From NCBI RefSeq assembly GCF_001194135.2, contig NC_068981.1, positions 159,678,307 through 159,742,306 on the forward strand: 64,000 nt of DNA, written 5' to 3'. The notes beneath the pieces were generated by a model. The model was not told the origin of the DNA and made no database searches. It saw only the letters and a program-made list of their open reading frames with translations. Position numbers and translations under genes: made by a program. This document shows, piece by piece, positions 13,191 through 27,173 of the stretch (positions are counted from its first letter, which is position 1; the number at the start of each line of letters is the position of its first letter). The stretch is from Octopus bimaculoides (lineage: Eukaryota).

Positions 13191-13239
13191 GTAACAATGT
13201 AAGAAGTTTTGTAACAATGTAAGAAGTTTTGTAACAATG
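13191..13239. repeat. 20-bp tandem repeat x2.5 (GTAACAATGTAAGAAGTTTT)
   Basis: Direct inspection. Confidence 0.9.
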
Positions 13240-14159
13240 GTTGTTGAAATAGATTCTTACAACAGCAGTGCTTTTCATTTAGTCTCAGTACCAACACTTT
13301 CTCGAATATTTTCAGCCAAAAAGCTGAATCAAATTAGCCATGCAAGTTAAAATTTCATTCTTGTTAAAATGACTTAATAACAACCAAAAACAAATAGAAA
13401 GCAATATCTTAAATATTTTGGCAAATAAGAATATCATTAAATCAAATCTTTAACATTGTCTCAAAAATTTTTAAAAAAATAAACAGTAATTCCTTTTTCT
13501 ACATATCATCAACAACAACTGGTCAAATTAACTTCAGACTAAGGTTGGGATAATATTGCAATATGAAAACTAGAAAATAATTAAAAGACGATGTAATATA
13601 AACCAGCCAAATCAATATTTCAAAGTAAAACCCAATGATAATTGAGAGAGATTTATTAAAACAAATTTTCTTTGAAGATATATCCTCAATGGAGGATGAT
13701 ATATAATAATGATGAAATTATTGTGTTTAGTGCTCAGGTGACCACAACTCATCAAAGGTGCAGGTATAGTACATAGAATTATGTACAAAAGCCAGGAAAG
13801 TGAACAGTGTATGAGTCATGATATACATGTGTGCATGTGTATGGAGGGGGGGGGGATATCAGGTGTAGTATCGGGGAATTTCAGGAAGCATGGAGATTTT
13901 AAAGGATGCAATGTATCGGCACAGAAGATCTGTCTATATTTATTTACTTTTCCTTGTCACTAGTTAACTGTCGGAAGATTATCATTAGCAAAGATTTATA
14001 TAATCTATTCAAAAACAGTAATATGTTAGAACCTGATTAAAATCAACAAACTGGGAGCTGAGTAAGGAAGGAAAAAATAAAAGAAAAAAACATTTTTGAT
14101 AATAATATAATTGATAATCATTATTCTGATCTAAAATAAATGTGCCACAAGTCACTACC

Positions 14160-14360
14160 CCAAGACCATTCTAACAGGGAAAGTGTGAAAGGGAAGAGAT
14201 CAAAAGACTATTGAAGACATTTGTGTGGGTTGATGACATCAAAAAATGGATTCGAAACAAGAGTCTGACTGACCGTATACATGCAATGCAACACAGAGGG
14301 AACTGGAGAGTCTTGGCAAGCCAAACTCTACACCCAGAGAGAGCACCTGGCTGGTGATGA
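14160..14360 (+). mobile_element. Old RTE-type LINE C-terminal remnant
   Basis: Peptides KTILTGKV and WVDDIKKW..HRGNWRVL resemble the RTE ORF C-terminus. Confidence 0.45.
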
Positions 14361-17281
14361 AAATAAATATATAAATAAACTGAGTGTATGTGGTGCTTTA
14401 CATCCAATTTTTCTAGACAGAATAAGTTGGATAGGTTAAACTCAATTGTTTTTTTTCACATTAGACACTTTTCTAACTGCTGATCACTAATCCACAGAAT
14501 GTTTTTTATGATATTTTTTTTTTCTGTGAGTGGGACAAGAAGAAGAAATGTAGTCAGATAAGCTGGCACAAACTGATTTATGGTGTCTTGTTCAAAGGCA
14601 AAAGCAAAATGGCTAAAGTTAGTTAGTACTTGAGACCATATGATCGATAAGTAGTCCAGTATCTAAATCTTGCAAACATTGTACAAGACAAATTATTCCA
14701 TTATTGATCAAGCTGTTGATACATAAAAGCAATCATTCAGTACACCAAGGTATAAAAACTATAGTCTTTGGTTTAGCCTTCCAAAATCAGAGTAAATTTG
14801 ATACAAAAGACTGCTGCTTAACACACATTCATTTACTGGTTTTAGTCATTGGACTGTGACAATGCTGAGGAACCATATTCTGGGGTATAGTTGAACATAT
14901 TGACCCCAATACACACATTTATTGAGTGATACTTATTTTACCAACCTTGAAACGATAAAAGACTAAGTTGACCTGGGCAGGATTTGAACTCAGAATGTGA
15001 AGTGATGTAACCAATTACAAGCTATTTGGTTATGCACGTTCAATTTAGTCAAAATGCACAGAATATATACATATACACACATATGTATACACAGATGTAC
15101 ATATACACACTTGCACACAAACAAACACATTTATACACATATATACATGTAAGTATTTGTTTTATATAAATGATATACTCTTGATCTTGCATAATTTCGT
15201 TAGAGTAAACAATATTTTGTTTTAGATGATGCTTCCTTTTCCTCGTTATAATTAGTCTTTGCCCTCCTAAAATTAATATTCTAAAAATTCATCTTTAGAA
15301 GTTATAACATCAGGTTTGCAAATGCTGAAGAGAACGAAAATCAAATTTGGTAATTTCTACCTTTTATTTAGTTTATTTACAGAGTCAAGCAGTTACACTT
15401 CAAAACTCAGACTCAAAATCCTGGGAGCTTGTTGAATTCTGTTTTATAACGTTTGGACATATTTTAACAAAACCAGATATGTAATATTGAAGTCAGGCCT
15501 GTATTATACTTTTATTCATATTAATCAAATATTAAAGTGAAAAAAAAAACAAAACAAAAGTAAACTATGTAGTTTGTAACAGTTCATAAACATCAAGTTC
15601 ATTTATCCACAAGAAAAAGAAAATATTCTTATTTAATTGATTGTCACTTGATGGTTATTTTCTTCTTTACTATGTATGCCAACTGATATTTTCATTTTCT
15701 TCATTTTTATAGATTTGTTTCAGAAAACTTCCCTGGATTTCCTATTTACATAAAAATTATAGAAACTTGTTTTGTTAAGTAATGTATAACACAAGAGAAT
15801 GAAGTTGAAATAAACAAAACTAAGTCACCAGCTAGCATAAATAAAAATCTTTAAATAAGATCACATTTCTTCAATTAACTCTTTCATTGTCATTTGTAAC
15901 TTTAGTCAAAGTAGCAAGTGGACTGCTTTACATGACTTGAATACAAGCAAGCTGCCCTATTAAACTACAGTTGAATAAAAAATATTTGATTTTATTTGGT
16001 TTAGTGAGTCGCCAAAAAACTCCAGAAACCTTTATTTTCAAATTGCATGGCTGTTTTAACTGGTCGTGGACTTGGTTTTAGTTTACTGAGATATATATCA
16101 CCTTCCCACTTTACTGGTCTAAATCAATAATATTAGCACAAGATCACAAATTTGGAGGGATATAAACAAATTGATTCCAGTAAATTACTGGTATCTTGTT
16201 CATTCTACCCCTCCCCCATAGGATGAAAGGCAAAGACCAGCAATTACTTGCAAGCAGAATGCAAAGTGACATCACTGAAAACCACATAACCTGTGGCCAT
16301 TGTAACACTGAAAGTGTTAATAGACAAATTGCTAACATTATTTAAATAAAAAAAGTACAAAATGATAATTAAAAAGGACTAGATAATGATTATTCAGAAA
16401 TAATAAACCTATCTAATTTCTTAACAGAAATACTAGCACTGATATAACAACAGAATACATGAAAAAAATGTTGCCTCAAGCAAGAATTTGTTTTAACAAA
16501 TCAATTTTCTAAAAATAATTTATTAAAAGACTTGAGCTAATCTATTAAGTCATTTGTTTTTAGTACTGGCACTTCAATCTGTTTTAAATTTACATTCCTG
16601 AGCAAGCTATATTTCATTGTAATATTTCCATTTCTCAACAAATCATATATTTAAAACACACAGAATTATGAAGAGGGACAATGATATGTCATATCTGATT
16701 TACTCTTGGACAGTTCATTCAATTCAGGGAAAAGAACAAAAAAAAAAATAAAATAAATAAAATAAAACAATTTTATTTAGAGAGAAAAAAATTTTTTTAA
16801 CCAAGGTGCAGAATCATTTCCTATTTTCCTTCATTAAAACATAAGTCTATGGTTTGTTGAAAATATATANNNNNNNNNNNNNNNNNNNNNNNNNNNNNNN
16901 NNNNNNNNNNNNNNNNNNNNNNNNNNNNNNNNNNNNNNNNNNNNNNNNNNNNNNNNNNNNNNNNNNNNNNNNNNNNNNNNNNNNNNNNNNNNNNNNNNNN
17001 NGATTTACTCTTGGACAGTTCATTCAATTCAGGGAAAAGAACAAAAAAAAAAATAATAAAGAGTAAGTGAAAAAGAGACAGGGAGAGAAGCCTAGCTAGC
17101 TACCCAAACCTTCAAGGCAGCTTCCTAGCTTTCTCCACCCTTTTCTCTCTTTCTCAACACTCCTCCTATGTGTGCTTAGTGGTTTGATGGCATATTTAGG
17201 CCCATGGCAGAATGGTGGCCTGTGTTAATTTTACAACAGTCAGAAACATTATCCAAAGTTCAAATACTGATGCAAATACAC

Positions 17282-17396
17282 TCATCCCTTCGCTTGTTTT
17301 TGAATATGTTGAACGAATTCATAATAAGACATAGTTGATTCTGTTCGGTCTTCCACAAAATGCTGGAAAAACAAATGTTTTCGTTTGCTGTCTTCT
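17282..17396 (-). CDS. SEC24A/B: Sec24 last coding exon E22 ([37 protein letters not shown])
   Basis: TTTATTTCAG|A; TGA at 17284-17282. The 3' UTR continues to lower coordinates; its end cannot be determined here. Confidence 0.96.
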
Positions 17397-17944
17397 CTGA
17401 AATAAACAAACGGAAAAAAAAAAAACATTTAATCAGTTGAACACTCAGAAGATATACACAGTCAGAACAAATATTACATGTTTACAGTGTAACTGCTTAG
17501 AATAGCATTATGGAAATATGTAAAGAAATACCAGAGGATTTTTGATAAAGAAAAAAAAAAAAGATATAAATAAAGCTATTTCATTATCTTAATTGTCTTT
17601 GTAATTATCTTAAATGTTGAATTATAACTTATTTTCCAGCAATTATTCCCAAACAGTTAATTGTTCTTACCGAAGTATGATAAAGCTACAACCATAAGGC
17701 CGAGAATCCATTAAACTGTAAATGAACAAGTGCAGTCTTTCTGATGTAGGATTGTCCCGTTCTGGCAAGGAAGTCTTTGTAAAGAAAGAAGGAAAATTAT
17801 AAACATATATTGCTACATTACTTAACAAGAATTTTTGACAAAGAAAAACTTTATTTTTACACAAAAAGCCCGCGGGCATATGGCGTAATGGTTAAGAGCA
17901 CGGGCTACTAACCCCAAGATTCTGAGTTCGATTCCAGGTAGTGA

Positions 17945-17984
<40 letters not shown>

Positions 17985-20759
17985 TTTATTATTTGAAGAA
18001 ATGAATTATCTGATATAAAAATAGAATTATAGTAAAACTGCTACAAGATTTTATACACAAATAAAAAGGAAAAAGACTACCTCATATCTTCTTCCTTCCT
18101 ACATGCAAATATTCATGGATTTCAGTCCAACCATGACTACGATCCAATATATTTTAGTCACGTAAAACCATACACCTTATTCATCACTAAAACCTGCTAT
18201 TACCCTCAAACAGTACGCTTCTGAGATAACCCTTACTGTCACCAATTCTTTAATTTTCCCTCCCTAAGGATATCAACTAATGAAATGTGCAATGTCTTCC
18301 ACCTATAAGAAGTGCATAAATTATGCATAAATGTTGTCGTCGTTGTCGTTTAACGTCCGCTTTCCATGCTAGCATGGGTTGGACGATTTGACTGAGGACT
18401 GGTGAAACCAGATGGCTACATCAGGCTCCAATCTGATTTGGCAGAGTTTCTACAGCTGGATGCCCTTCCTAACGCCAACCACTCAGAGAGTGTAGTGGGT
18501 GCTTTTACGTGTCACCCGCACGAAGGCCAGTCAGGCGGTACTGGCAACGGCCACGCTCATCTCGCTCGAGAAACCTCATGTGTCACCCGCACAAGAGCCA
18601 GCCCAGGGGCACCGGCAACGATCTCGCTAGAAAATCCTACAACCCCACACAAGAGCCAGTTCAAGGGCACCGGCAACGATCTCGCTCGAAGAAATTTCAT
18701 GTGTCACCCGCATCTATTAGAACTTTCAAAATAACAAAGAGTTGTTATTTGAAGGATGTAAATTGATAGTATATAATTAACACTTCATTAGAAAACAGAA
18801 TTAATACTTACCAGTCCATCACATAACGAAGAGAAATTAGGCTTGTCAAAAACGTCCTGACAGAACCGATCACTAATAGCACCACCAATGAATAGAATCA
18901 TAGAGTCAACTACATCTAATAAATAGGCACCATGTCTGTCCAAATTGGCTGCTGACAGCTGTAGTACAGGTGCCCAAGGAACACTATTACCACCCCGATC
19001 AGTCACGTGCTGCAAAAGAATAAACAGAAATACCAATCACTTACACGGCCAAATTCAAAGAATTATAATTTACAAATCACACATCTTCAATAAATAAATA
19101 AAAGGTCAACAAAATTTTTTTATTTGCTGTATGGGGTTTGTAGTGGTAGACCAGAAAGGGAGAGATGAAAGGGTGTTGTGATGGTAGAGAAACTGTAGGG
19201 AGAGGAGAGTAAAAGAAATAGAGAGAAAGAGTGATGGTTGGGAGTGAGTGAGCAAGTGTCACAGGCGGTGAGATGAGAGATATGACTGATCAAGTGATGA
19301 CTGAAGTGAGCATGTGATAATTGGTGGGGGGAGAGAAGGTAGACACAAGTAGAGCAATGGGGAAGGACCAATACAGTCTTTGATTCATATGTAGGTATAG
19401 TGAAGAATGGAGGAAGGATAGAATGGTGCTAGTGGTGGTATGCAGGGTGGCCATCTATGTTTGCAAACCTTTATAACTGTTGAAAGAGAAATGGTAGTGT
19501 CTAAGGGATAGAAATGAGATGATTGAAATGAATAGAGAGATGGATAAAAGAGGGAAGGCACAGTGGTTAATCAATTCTTCTTAAATACAAATAAGATACA
19601 TATGAAAAAAAAAGGCATCAGAGGGTGATGCATACCCTGTGCACACACAAGGTTAAAATAAAATTTAGGGCATCCATCTGTAGAAACTCTGCCAGGTCAG
19701 ATTGGAGCCTGGTGTAGCCATCTGGTTCACCAGTCCTCTGTCAAATCGTCCAACCCATGCCAGGATGGAAAGCAGACGTTAAACGATGATGATGATGATG
19801 AATATATTCTCACACAAATTCATATTTCAACAAAATGACATCGAGTTATTTCCTCCTGATTATCGTTTATGAATATGTAACAAAGAAGAAAAGACATTTT
19901 GATTCACTCGTCCACCAATAATGAGCTTGAACCACTTACCCAATGAATATTTCTGCTAAATTTGGTGAAAATTCTTCCAGCCAGTTTCCAGTAATTTTGC
20001 TAACACACAGACAAAGACTAGCGACTACAATACCCTACCTTTGCTTATGCATGGTCAAAATATATAAAGCTTTGTAATATACATCTAAGTATTTAAAATT
20101 CTAACATGTGCCAGCGCCATGTAAAAGCATCAAATACACTCTGTAAAGTGGTTGGTGTTAGATAGGGCATCAAGCCATAGAAACCATACCAAAAGAGATA
20201 ATTGGAGCCTGGGCAACTTTCCAGCTGGCTAGCTCCTGTCAAATCGTCCAACCCATGCCAGCATGGGAAATAGACATATGATGATGATGTATCTCATGCA
20301 TTCTCCACACATCATGGTAAAGGGGACATTAAAATGATGATGTGCCACAAACATTGTCAGTGAAGACAGAGGACATTCAGTAACTGAAGTTGGACAAGCA
20401 TTTTTTATTGATTGTACAGCATAACTGTTAAGAAAATGCCTGAATATGAGTGAGAAATGAACTTAGTATTAGAATTTGTATAGACAAGATATGACATAAC
20501 TGCTCTGAACTTCAGATAATACAGGGAAATATTAATAGAGATGGGGAAAGAGATGATCAGAATTACATTAGGAGTAAAGAATATAAACCTTTCAGAAATA
20601 TTTCAAAATGTTTTTTTTTACAATTAACTAACTTAGAATAAAAATAGATCACAGCTGTAGACATGGTTGTGTGATTAAGAAGCTTGCTTCACAACCACAT
20701 GGTTTCAGGTTCAGTCCCTGTGAGCGCACCTTGGACAAACATCTACTATAGCCAAGGGC

Positions 20760-20804
<45 letters not shown>

Positions 20805-23800
20805 CACACACATACATATTTACATACATACATCTGGATGTACATGTGATTAGTGTCTCATTTACATCCTGGTAACTTATCAGTTCAGCAAAAGAGAGAC
20901 TGATAGAATAACTGTCAGATATAAAAAATATTTTCTGGAGTCAATTTTGTGTACTACAACCTTTCAATTTGGTGCACAGCAAAGTCACAGCCCAAAGGCT
21001 AAAACAAATAAAAGATTATAAGAATAAAAGAAGAATACTAACCTCATCATCCAAGTTATGTACAGGATAAAGATTAGGGTATACTTTTTGTAACAAATAA
21101 CACATTGGAAGTGTCTTGCACTGCTCCATAGCACACACTCGTTCATCAAGGCTGACATGTGAACTCCGGAATGCCTTCTGCAAGAAAATAATTACATACA
21201 AATGTAGGATTAAGCACCGACAAAATGAAAATGTAAACAGTTAAATCAATTTATTTACATTCTTAAATCATGAAGAACAAGAGCACTCAGAGAGTGCAAA
21301 TCTCTGCCAAGGCAACACCAAAGTGCTCTCAACAATTAGAAAGAGGTGATTTTTAAAATGAGAATATCTGAAATAAACTCGACTGCTCTCACAAACAAAA
21401 ATGAACCTGACCGCTCTCAAAAATTAAGTAAAAACACCGGAAAAATTATCCAGAATCCTTGTCCGGTACCTAATTGATCCCAATGGTAGTCATGAAATGT
21501 GAAGGTGGCTGTAGAAAATTTAGTAACAGTAATAAATAGTTTATCCTTATCTAATACAAGCCAAAGTTGTCGAATTCACCATTCAAAATAGCTACAGCTT
21601 AAAGGGAGATAATTGAGAAAGACTTGAAAGTTAACGTAAGATCGTAATCATGTTAAGTAAATATAACAAATAATCCAGAATCCTTGTCCGGTGCTGGATC
21701 GATCCCAAAATCGAATCAGTTCATGCCAGTCATGAGGCCAAACATCGCTGAAAGTTTCATCTGAATCCATCCAGCAGTTCTTGAAATATCTTGTCTACGG
21801 TCAAACAAACACGACTAAAAGCAATACCTCTGCCTTCGCTAAGGCGGAAGGAATAAAATATCTTTACATCTAATGGTTGTCATATTGTAAAATTGGCTAG
21901 ATGACATTCTTTTCTACTCTAGGCATAAGGCCCAAAATTTTTGGGCCTTGTGCCTAGATTAGATTGACCTCAGTACACAACTGGTACTTAATTTATTGAC
22001 CTTGAAAGAATGAAAGGCAAAGTCAGCCTCAGCAGAATTTGAACTCAGAACGTAAAGGCAGACGAAATACCACTAAGCATTTCGCCCACCATGCTAACAT
22101 TTCTACCAGCTTGCCGCCTTATTGGCTAGACGACATTAAGAAACATATGCATCGTCTTATTTCAATAAGAATTTTTCTTTTTTATATGAAACAAGAGATG
22201 TTATTTATCAATATAGAAAGATGCTGTTTATACATATTTTTATAAAAAATAATTTATTCATTCATTTCTCTAAAAAAATTTTTTTATAACTCTTACTTTA
22301 GTTGCAATTTCAAAGAATTTAAATCACTTACACTTTTTAGTAAACTCAACACATACAATGGTAACAGACGCAAAGAATAAGGACAAAGCAAGTTTCCTAT
22401 TCTGCTGGCAGATGACTGTGATGATGCATATGAAGAAAGGGCATCCACCGCAGCAATGATGAGAGCATCTTGTGCATCTCCCAGGGAGCTACTCAGGGTA
22501 CGGTCCACAGCTGAAAGTACAGGTTTAAAAATGACATACATGAAACATCACAGAAGGAACATGAATAGGGATAAATTTGTTTATTGGTCTCGTAAATGTG
22601 TATGTGGCTGTGTGCATCTCACTCTCTCTCTCTGTATGTATATATATATATAATTAGACAAAATGAGATAACAAAACCTAGGCTGTGAGGAGTTTTCAGG
22701 ATATTTATAAGGAAAAAGATATAGATATGGTCTTACAGCTGTTTCTAGGATATTATGGATATCCCTTCATCAGAGACAATGTGAGATGGTTAAATAGAGG
22801 TAAATATTTGAGCTTGAAATAAGGAATTAGGAGGAGATAGGGAATATAGAAGGAAATAAGAGAATGAAAGTAGAAATAAAATATAAAATATTGTAGTTGC
22901 AGTTCCATTATTCAAACTGCATATATAATCATCAATACAAAACTTACCCATCTTGGCAAGAAGAGCTGCAATGGCTTGCTGGTCAGCTCCTGCATGGACT
23001 GCACTCAGTTCAGTAGTTACTGGCAAACACAGCGTATGAACTCTTATTCGTCGTTCCCCTTTAAAAAAAAAAAAAGGCAAAAATAATGTATATCCAGGAC
23101 AAAAATTAAGATATGTAATTAGAAATCAGCAAAACAACAAGTGTAGTTGTGTGGCAAGATGTTTGCTTCCCAACCACATAGTTCCTGCTTCAGTCCCACT
23201 GCGTGGCATCTTGGGCAAGTGTCTTCTTCTATAGCCTCAGGCCGATCAAAACTTTGTTAGTGAATTTGGTAGAGAGAAACTGAAAAAAGTCCATTGTGTG
23301 TGTGTATATATATTTATGTTTGTGCTTGTGTTTTTCCACCACCACCACCACCACTTGACAACTGGTATTGGTGTATTTACATCCCTGTAAACTAGCAGTT
23401 CAGCAAAAGTGACTAATAGAATAAGTACCAGGTTTTATAAAAATGGCCTGGGGTTGATTTGTTCAACTAAAACTCTTCAAGGCAGTGCCCCAGCAAGGCC
23501 ACAGTCAAATGACTGAAACAAGTAAACGATAAAAGATCGAAAGAAGTTTAAGCTATAGTCAAATGCATATTCAGAAATTGAATAATGAAGGAAAATATTT
23601 ACCTTTGCTTGATGTATATAAAAGGGCAGCTTGAAAACAAGCAGTATTGCTTTCATTTAAAGATTCCTCAATGGACATCTGCATTCCAAACCCAGCATCA
23701 GGATTGATATTTGGTAGTGAAAGAAGATCTGTTGAGCGAACGAAGAAGTTTCCATGGAAAGTATGGATACTGAGACCTGAAAATGAAAAGGCAAAAAATT

Positions 23801-24180
23801 TTTATAAACATTATCAAAAGACTAATTTTAATTCGAGCAGCAAATCTAAATTTTTTTTTTTATTTTTTAAATATGCATCTATTATAAAATACTTTTCTTA
23901 AATAGCTAAGATATGCAAAATACATTTAACCCTCTTGGGATACCCAGGCCAATTGATTGGCCCAAGTGATACAAGCTGAAAGGACTTTGAAGTCAATCCA
24001 TCGGCCCGATGAAACAAATGTTGTGAATGGTGGTTTTGAAGTACAGTAACCAATCAGAGATTGTCTTTCAGTACATTTTTGTTTTGTTTTTTCACAGAAA
24101 CATTTAGACTTATTATTCCATATATTTACATGTATTGTGTTGTTTTAGGTTTTCTTTTTGTGATAGACGTATAAGCTTTC

Positions 24181-24219
<39 letters not shown>

Positions 24220-27131
24220 CTTTACATACTAATAAAGTAGTTTTAGGCACTTTATCCTTTGTTTTCCACATGCACCCATCAATCCCAACAGAAGAAAATT
24301 TTAGTCTTCTTGGCTACACAAACCAAAACACTGCATGTCTCAAAAAGATTAAAATATATTTTTTAAAATTAAAATTTGAAAGAGAAAACTGCCTTTAACT
24401 TACCTCTAGTGCAACGGATTCTCATCACAGCCTCAAAGCCTATTTTGCGGTAAAGGTAACGTGCAAAATCAGACTCAAATTTATCAGTCAAAGAAGGATT
24501 TCTAACAGAATGGAATGATGGGTAATGGTACACACAGCCACCTGAATATTTGGATGCACAGGCTGCAAATAAAACAAACAATTGTGTTTAAATAGAGTGT
24601 ATAACAATACAAATTCCTAACAATTTTATACATATTATTATCACCTTCATTATTATTATTTGATGAAAACTCTTAGCTTATTTTGCTGGGGATGATCAAA
24701 AAGAGTCAGCTAACCACAGCCAGCAGACAAAGGTGACATTTGTTTACTGATCATGCTTCAAGAACCCTGCAGAGAACACTTGCAGTTCCAAGCAATGATG
24801 ATTTTTGTAGGTGTTCTATCCTTTACATTTGTACCAATCTTTTTGAGCCATGTTGTTAATTGAGTGCAGCTACTTCCAATGTTATTATGATTATTCATCA
24901 TCATCATCATCATCATCATTTAACATTCGTTGTCCATGCTGGCATGGGTTGGACAGTTTGACTGGGCTGGCAACTGGAAGGCTGCACCAAACTCCAGTCT
25001 GATTTGGCATGGTTTTCTACAGCTGGATGCCCTTCCTAACACCAACCACTCCAAGAGTGTAATGAGTACTTTTATGTGCCACCGGCACGGATGCCATTTG
25101 CGTAACACTGGGGTGCATTTATGTGCACTGGTATGGGCACCAATTTGTGTGACACCGGTATCTGCCACGACTGTAATTTTGCTTGGCTTGATGGGTCTTC
25201 TTCTCAAGCACGACATAATGCCAAAGGTCTTGGTCACTGCCTCCATGAAGCCCATTGCCCGAAAGGAACTCCATCACTTTGCCTCTGTCAGGCCCAACAC
25301 TTGAGAGGAACTCAGCCACTCTGCCTCCGTGAGGCCCAAAGTTTATAAGATGCTCTTTACATACCACCAGCACAGGTGCAATTGGCTTGACGGGTCCTCT
25401 CAAGCACACTACATCGCCAAAGGTATCAGTCACCAGTCATTGTCTCTGTGAGTTCCAAAGTTTGAAGATCGTGCTTCACCAACTAATCCCATGTCTTCCT
25501 GGGTCAACCTCCACCACAGTTAGAGGTCGGCACTTCTTTACATAGCTATCCATGTCTATATGCATCACATGACTATACCAGCACAATCATCTCTCTTGCA
25601 CATCTGTCCTCAGCTGTCATAGCCCATGTTTCACTGCCATGAAACATAGCTGTTCACACACAGACATCAAACAATCTGCCTTTCACTCTGAGAGAGAGGC
25701 CTTTTGTTGCCAGCAGGGGTAGGAGCTCTCTGAACTTTTCCCAACCTAATCTTATTTTCACAGTTATGCTCTCGGAGCATCCACCTCCACTACTAACTTG
25801 GTCACCTAGATAACAGAAGCTATCTACCTCAAGCTTGCCCACCTGGCAGTTGATAGAGTCTATTTTCTGTACATTTTCAGCGTTTATTGTACCTGTGCAC
25901 CTATCACATACAAAAGTTAGTTTCCCTGTTAACCTTCCTCTGATGTTGCTGCACCTTTTATGTGTCCATAGCTTACACTGGGTGCATCTTAGGGAGTTTC
26001 TATGCCTTTTCTACAGATTGAGCAGGTCCATCTACCTGAAGGGATTTGTGATTTGTCTGCCTTCCTATTTACTATGACTATGGTTTTTCTAGGTTAACTC
26101 TAAGGCCCTTACCTCTTGGATACAACATACATCAACATGCTTCCATTCAAGTATTATTATTACTATTATTATTATTATTATTATTATTATTAAACAAATG
26201 TGGGGAAAAAAAACATACTAAGTAAGAAATTGAAAATATACTCACCAACAGTGGCAATGTCAGCATACTGAGTATTTAACATGAATAAATCAATAGCAAC
26301 TTGTTGAGCAGAACAGTCCAAGGCAAGCTTTTTGTAAAAATCTGTTGCTGGGCCAAGATTTGGAATATTCTAAAATGCATTAAAACAAATAGCAGTTAAT
26401 ACAACTATCAAATATGATAAAATAATGCTTTCTTACAGTGGTATAAGACAACACATTTATAAAGAAGAACTGATTGATCTGAACCCAAGTACATTACTGG
26501 CACTCAAATAGAGGAAAGGCAAAGTTAATCCAGACTGGATTACAGAGACATAAACAAACACCACAAAATATTTTATCCAATGAACTACCAAATCTACAAT
26601 TTAATGATTTGATCAAATAAGAAAGAAACGATGATTTCAAATTTTAGCACAAGACCAGGAATTTTATGGAAAGGGTTTAGTTGAATACATTGACCGGTAC
26701 TTTATTTTACTGACTCCAAAAGAACAAAAGGCAAGATTGATCTCAATGAAATTTGAATTCAGATCATAATGAGCCAGAAAAAATGCCAGTAAGCATTTTG
26801 TCCAATTTGTTAACAATTCCACCAGCTTACCACCTTTGAAAGAAATAACAAAACATGTTAAAGAAAACCAAAGTGACATTCTATTATCGTATTTGATGAG
26901 AATTTACATCCAAAAAAAGGTCAAACAAAGAAATTAAGCTCATACAGCAAGAACAAAATAGAGAATATATTAAAGTTAGTTACATGTTTAGTTCTCTAAT
27001 TAATTAAATGCTTTTCTACAGAGTTATTTCAACAAACTACTAGTTGTTAACATAGTGAATTAAAATATTAATTGAAGTAACCCCACCTTAATTTTCTACT
27101 CTAAAAGGTGTGAGGAAATATTAATTACAAG

Positions 27132-27173
<42 letters not shown>

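Noticed and set aside
16697-17060. About 60-nt direct repeat on both sides of the 16870-17001 gap
   Set aside because: Duplicated gap flanks are typical of unmerged contig overlap or haplotypes; probably an assembly artefact.
17872-17948. Possible tRNA gene
   Set aside because: A and B boxes are present but the acceptor stem does not pair and a (TAA)n tail follows; SINE-like.
18505-18712. Repeat-spacer-like pattern resembling a CRISPR array (also the 13191-13239 repeat)
   Set aside because: Eukaryotic intron context, degenerate units belonging to an RTE 3' UTR, no cas genes.
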